Source of the DNA: Candidatus Poribacteria bacterium
GTDB lineage: Bacteria > Poribacteria > WGA-4E > WGA-3G
Assembly: GCA_963665235.2 (NCBI GenBank)
Contig: CAXXLX010000002.1
Coordinates: 352,001-416,000, forward strand
DNA length: 64,000 bases
Reading direction: 5' to 3'
A model generated the notes under the pieces. That model ran no database searches. It was given only the letters and a program-made list of their open reading frames with translations, and had not been told where the DNA came from. A program made the position numbers and the translations under genes. Shown piece by piece: positions 60,168-64,000 of the stretch. Numbering within the stretch: the stretch's first letter is position 1; each line of letters starts with the position of its first letter.

Positions 60168-63093
60168 AAAAAGCCTGGCCTAGGCCTAAGTGGTATTTGA
60201 CTCCTGGTTTGATACTAGTTAAATCTGTGTGACGTGCAGCAGCGAAATCTATAGAGAACAGACCGAGCCGCAGTCTAAGACCGACACCTATTGAGCCTTT
60301 GACATCCGCAAGTCGGATACGATTATTTTCACGTTCAAATATGCGGAACGGCGTATCCGAATCGAACCGCCAATCTGCCCAGGCACCCCCAAAATCAGCG
60401 AAAAATATACCTCGAATTCCCCCAATCGACCAGCGGATGGGCCAACCGAAATAGAGAACGTCTATGAACGGGATGCGTAGCTCAAGGTTGAGTAATCCGA
60501 TACGAGACCCAACGAAATCTTCGTAGTTATATCCCCGGAGCGTATCAATGCCGCCGAGATAAAACAGCGATTTATCTGCACCGAAACTGCCACCGAGTAA
60601 TAACCGAGTCGCAATAGTGGAGCGTCGCCCTAAACCGATATAACCACGCACATCAAAAATGGCATTGGTCAAGGCTAACTTGCTACCGAGCGGTTTAAAG
60701 GAACGTTCAACCTCAAAACGGTACCGTGCACCTCTATAAGGGGCCCACTCCCGCCACATCGTGGTATCCCCTACAAACGCTAAGCTGCCGAGACTCAGCA
60801 GCCCCCGTTCCGCATAATTGTAGGGTTGCTGTGTCTGATAATTGTAAGAGAACGGGGTTGAATACATCGCAACTTGAAAATCAAGCCGGTGATACCGGTT
60901 AAACGGATAGCTCAGATAACCGCCGATTCCTGTGATACGTTGTAAAATCCCGCGTTGATTACGCAGCGTACCCAGCAGATGGTATTGATGATAGTTGTAA
61001 ATTGACGCACCGATATCCGCGCGATGCGTCAAAAAACCGTACTGGGCAACAAAATCCGGAATAAGATAACCCGCCGACTGATTGATGACGCTCACTTCAA
61101 CCCGATGATTGCCTAACATATCGCTAGCACTCATCTGAATCTGACTCCGAAGCAAACCGTCGGCACCATAACTGAACTCCGGAAAAATCGCATCAAACCG
61201 GAAAGAGGATTTCGTACTATACTTCCGTTTCGCAATCCGAAGATTCGGTTCCGGCACCTCTCTATTTAAAGCGATAGGCACCGGTTCTGTTTCCAACGGA
61301 GGTGTCTCAATTTCCTCATGAATTGTCTTTGTAGCATCCATAACACAGACATCATATTTACCAGCCTGATAAGCACTAAACAGCAGACGTTTCCCATCCG
61401 GCGAAAAGCTCGGATTGAAACACCCTGTCATGAAGTTAGTTAGCCGCGTCAATGCCATCTCATCAAGCTGCAGTTTGTAAACGTCAAATACACCTGTCCG
61501 GTCAGAACAGAATAGCACAGACTTCCCATCAGACATCCAAACCGGACTGATAGCGTTTGCTACGTTATCGGTCAGCACACGTTGGGTTTGCTGGTTCACA
61601 TCTAGTAAGATCAGCCTATTTTTACGCTCCCGTTCCGAAGCGTAAACGATGGTCCCGTTTGTCGGATGCCAAGACGGATGCGTATCGTTAAATGGGTCGT
61701 GTGTTAATCGGGTAATCGTGCCTGTCTCCAGTTCCATTACATATAGGTCAGTTTGTCCCTCTTTTAGCGCGGAGAAAACTATCCGTTCACCGCTGCCATC
61801 GTAATCTGGGGAGGTAACGTTATCAAAGTCGAGTTTAAAGTAATGCGTCAGTTCGCGTGTTAAAATATTGACAACGAGCAGATAATTCGCAGCGTGATGT
61901 TTGCCGATAAAGGCGATGTTATCCCCATCAGGGGCCCAAGCGAGGCTTTTTCCGAACCCCCCGAAATCGGTACGGATTTCCTCATACCGATTACGGAAAA
62001 AACGTTCTGTGATACGCTCAAGCCGTTCACCGGTTTTGGAAGACATCAGGACAATCTCTAAAAATCCCTCATTTCCCGTAACATAAGCCACAATATCGCC
62101 ACTCGGAGACCATATAGGTTTAATGTTGTGGGAGTATTTTGAGCTTTCTGTGAGATTTTTTGCAACAAGGTCAGGTAATTCCATATCGGCTATTAGGGGC
62201 CAATAACGTTGCCGCACTGTCTGCCGCCATGCTTTATCAAAATCCTTTAGATTAACGCCCAACACATTTTTAAAGACGACATCTAGGTTTTTCGTACGGC
62301 TTTGTCGTAAACCTTGCAAGATTTCAGCAATCTTTTCCCGGCCGTACGTCTGAACGAGATAGGCGACTGCCAATTGCCCCATCTTATAACCGACATAAGG
62401 CGAGCTAAGGCGATTGAAGTTCTGTAATTCTGTTAGCGGCACGATATTGTTATTGATACTTGCATCGCGTAACACCATCTCACCCATAGCATCGTTATCC
62501 TCAGCGAAGTAATCCGCCATCCCCTCCATAAACCATATCGGCGGCGAATACAGAAACTCTCCGCTATAGATGCTCGCGTGCGGTTTATGGTAGAGAATAT
62601 CATACTGAAAAATATGGATAAGCTCATGGTAAATCACCTCTCGAAACGCCTCAAGCGACCCGGTAAACGGTATGACGATGCGATGTTTAAAGAGCTCCGC
62701 GAAACCGCCTATCCCTTCGTGTAGTTCTTGAAGGATAATATTCGTCTCCTGAAAATCCTTATGTGATTTATAGAGAATCAGCGGAGTCCGCTCTTTAAGT
62801 TCGTGCTCAAAGTCTTCGCTATGTCTTTCGTAAGCCTCCTCAGCGATAGCCGCCATCACCGGTACCAGCTTCACTTCACTCGGATAGTAGTGAATATCGA
62901 AGTGTTCTGTCCGATGGATGTGCCAATCGAAACGTTGGGCAGTAATCTTATTCTTCCCGAAACCTTGTGCAAAAACACCGGTAACACCTAAGAGTGTCAA
63001 TCCCAAGGAGAGGAGAATGCCCACAATCTTTTTGTAGGTCGGCCTAAACATCCTAATAGAGGTAAGAAAACGTCCTGCTGTAATTTTTTTCAA
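60166..63093 (-). CDS. Omp85/BamA-TamA family outer-membrane protein with peptidase-MA-like and PD40 domains
   Basis: Signal peptide, FGKNK..TEHFDI, HELIH...WFMEGMA, WSP.G repeats, LRGY barrel motif, terminal Phe. Start may be the ATG at 63051. Confidence 0.88.
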   Translation of the reverse strand: MKKITAGRFLTSIRMFRPTYKKIVGILLSLGLTLLGVTGVFAQGFGKNKITAQRFDWHIHRTEHFDIHYYPSEVKLVPVMAAIAEEAYERHSEDFEHELKERTPLILYKSHKDFQETNIILQELHEGIGGFAELFKHRIVIPFTGSLEAFREVIYHELIHIFQYDILYHKPHASIYSGEFLYSPPIWFMEGMADYFAEDNDAMGEMVLRDASINNNIVPLTELQNFNRLSSPYVGYKMGQLAVAYLVQTYGREKIAEILQGLRQSRTKNLDVVFKNVLGVNLKDFDKAWRQTVRQRYWPLIADMELPDLVAKNLTESSKYSHNIKPIWSPSGDIVAYVTGNEGFLEIVLMSSKTGERLERITERFFRNRYEEIRTDFGGFGKSLAWAPDGDNIAFIGKHHAANYLLVVNILTRELTHYFKLDFDNVTSPDYDGSGERIVFSALKEGQTDLYVMELETGTITRLTHDPFNDTHPSWHPTNGTIVYASERERKNRLILLDVNQQTQRVLTDNVANAISPVWMSDGKSVLFCSDRTGVFDVYKLQLDEMALTRLTNFMTGCFNPSFSPDGKRLLFSAYQAGKYDVCVMDATKTIHEEIETPPLETEPVPIALNREVPEPNLRIAKRKYSTKSSFRFDAIFPEFSYGADGLLRSQIQMSASDMLGNHRVEVSVINQSAGYLIPDFVAQYGFLTHRADIGASIYNYHQYHLLGTLRNQRGILQRITGIGGYLSYPFNRYHRLDFQVAMYSTPFSYNYQTQQPYNYAERGLLSLGSLAFVGDTTMWREWAPYRGARYRFEVERSFKPLGSKLALTNAIFDVRGYIGLGRRSTIATRLLLGGSFGADKSLFYLGGIDTLRGYNYEDFVGSRIGLLNLELRIPFIDVLYFGWPIRWSIGGIRGIFFADFGGAWADWRFDSDTPFRIFERENNRIRLADVKGSIGVGLRLRLGLFSIDFAAARHTDLTSIKPGVKYHLGLGQAF

Positions 63094-63099
63094 AGCTTT

Positions 63100-63219
63100 G
63101 ATATTTCCTTGCGGTTTGATTTTTTAATATTTCCTTGCGGTTTGATAAGGGTTATTGGATTAGACAGGTTTTTGTCCATATATCCAGCCCTTCACGTTGT
63201 TCGGGCTTACAGGTGTGTT
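63100..63219 (-). repeat. Right 120-bp inverted repeat flanking the Omp85 gene
   Basis: Partner of 60048-60167. Confidence 0.88.
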
Positions 63220-63220
63220 A

Positions 63221-63424
63221 TACCAAAATTAACACAATTCGTCTCGTTCCACTCTTCCGCTCCAGCGGAGCGTCCGTGAAGACGCTAAATCAAATGAACA
63301 GGACTTACGCAAATTTATCAGGAGTCTCGTAGGGGCGGGGTCTCCCCGCCCGCTATGTCTCGCTCTAGATGCCACTATCATAAGGGTTTATCAACGCGCT
63401 GCGTAAGTCCTGATGAATTTGGTA
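63221..63424. mobile_element. Three-level nest: TACCAAA/TTTGGTA MITE containing a CAGGACTTACGCA MITE containing a GTAG REP
   Basis: Outer TTA duplication. Inner element 63299-63412 flanked by an ATGAA duplication. REP at 63329-63351. Confidence 0.75.
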
Positions 63425-63578
63425 TTAGCTCCATCCGGGTGAAATGTTTCATGCGCGGAAACCTCTTTTTTCCGCGTTCTCCGCGTTCTCCGCGCCTTCC
63501 GCGATTCAGACAATAAACATAAACATACCAAAAACCTTCCCGTTAGCCTCCGACATCGCGGGATGAATTTGGTATTAG

Positions 63579-64000
63579 TTAATCGTTCTGTGGTGGTATC
63601 GGCGGGGGTTCGGTGAATTGTTCGCCGCGTTCTTCCGCATTGATTCTTCGGTTATTCCATTCAGCTATCTCGCGATAAGCCTCGGCTCTGCCTTCGGTTA
63701 TTCCCTCGGCTCTGCCTTCTGCTCTGCCTTCGGTTATTCCCTCGGCTCTGCCTTCTGCTCTGCCTTCGGTTATTCCCTCGGCTCTGCCTTCTGCTATTCC
63801 CTCGGCTCTGCCTTCTGCTATTCCCTCGGCTCTGCCTTCGGCTTTAGCTTCTGCGCTGACTTGTGCTTTAAGTTCTCTTTCCTTTTTCAGCGTATCTCTA
63901 ATGCGTTGAAACATGATGTCGGTTGCCTCCTCAAATATCGTAAACATTGTTGCTGCTGACATGATTTTCGAGATGTTCCATCCAACGCTATAAAGCGCGT
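63579..64000 (-). CDS. Hypothetical protein with (EGRAEGI)n repeats and a W..RR..AE..G..F.EPPP tail (5' end outside the window)
   Basis: Frame is open to the window edge. 12/24-bp tandem repeats at about 63680-63840. Confidence 0.75.
   Translation of the reverse strand, partial: ALYSVGWNISKIMSAATMFTIFEEATDIMFQRIRDTLKKERELKAQVSAEAKAEGRAEGIAEGRAEGIAEGRAEGITEGRAEGRAEGITEGRAEGRAEGITEGRAEAYREIAEWNNRRINAEERGEQFTEPPPIPPQND

Overview
Chromosomal window of a diderm bacterium. The C-terminal 'VxPxGKLxxxWGxxK' proteins, PhyH and sulfatase genes and dense repeats suggest Candidatus Poribacteria; this is inferred, not searched. Bases 1-17.6 kb hold a minus-strand division/cell-wall (dcw) cluster: rsmH, ftsL, ftsI, murE, an alpha/beta-hydrolase, murF, ddl, mraY, murD, ftsW, murG, murC, ftsQ and part of ftsA. 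mraZ and murB are absent and a consensus sigma54 promoter lies upstream. The rest mixes housekeeping genes (nadD, yacG, yqeK, mobA, ppk2, queG, pheA, UPF0182, Omp85 family) with lineage-specific exported proteins, a decayed IS630, a decayed IS200/IS605 IsrB/IscB-like element interrupting a secreted-protein gene, and many nested MITE/REP families. Most notable: (1) a small DUF5069-like gene with an in-frame UGA followed by a SECIS-like hairpin, a candidate selenoprotein; (2) a dispersed hairpin+SD+ATGATTCAA repeat that supplies start codons, and once a stop codon, to core genes; (3) host-gene sequence copied inside the IsrB-like element; (4) an AcrIII-1/Crn2-like (DUF1874) protein with His-to-Tyr at the catalytic site; (5) an HxG, halogenase-type PhyH enzyme; (6) an Omp85 gene bracketed by 120-bp inverted repeats. 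No rRNA, tRNA or CRISPR array was found.
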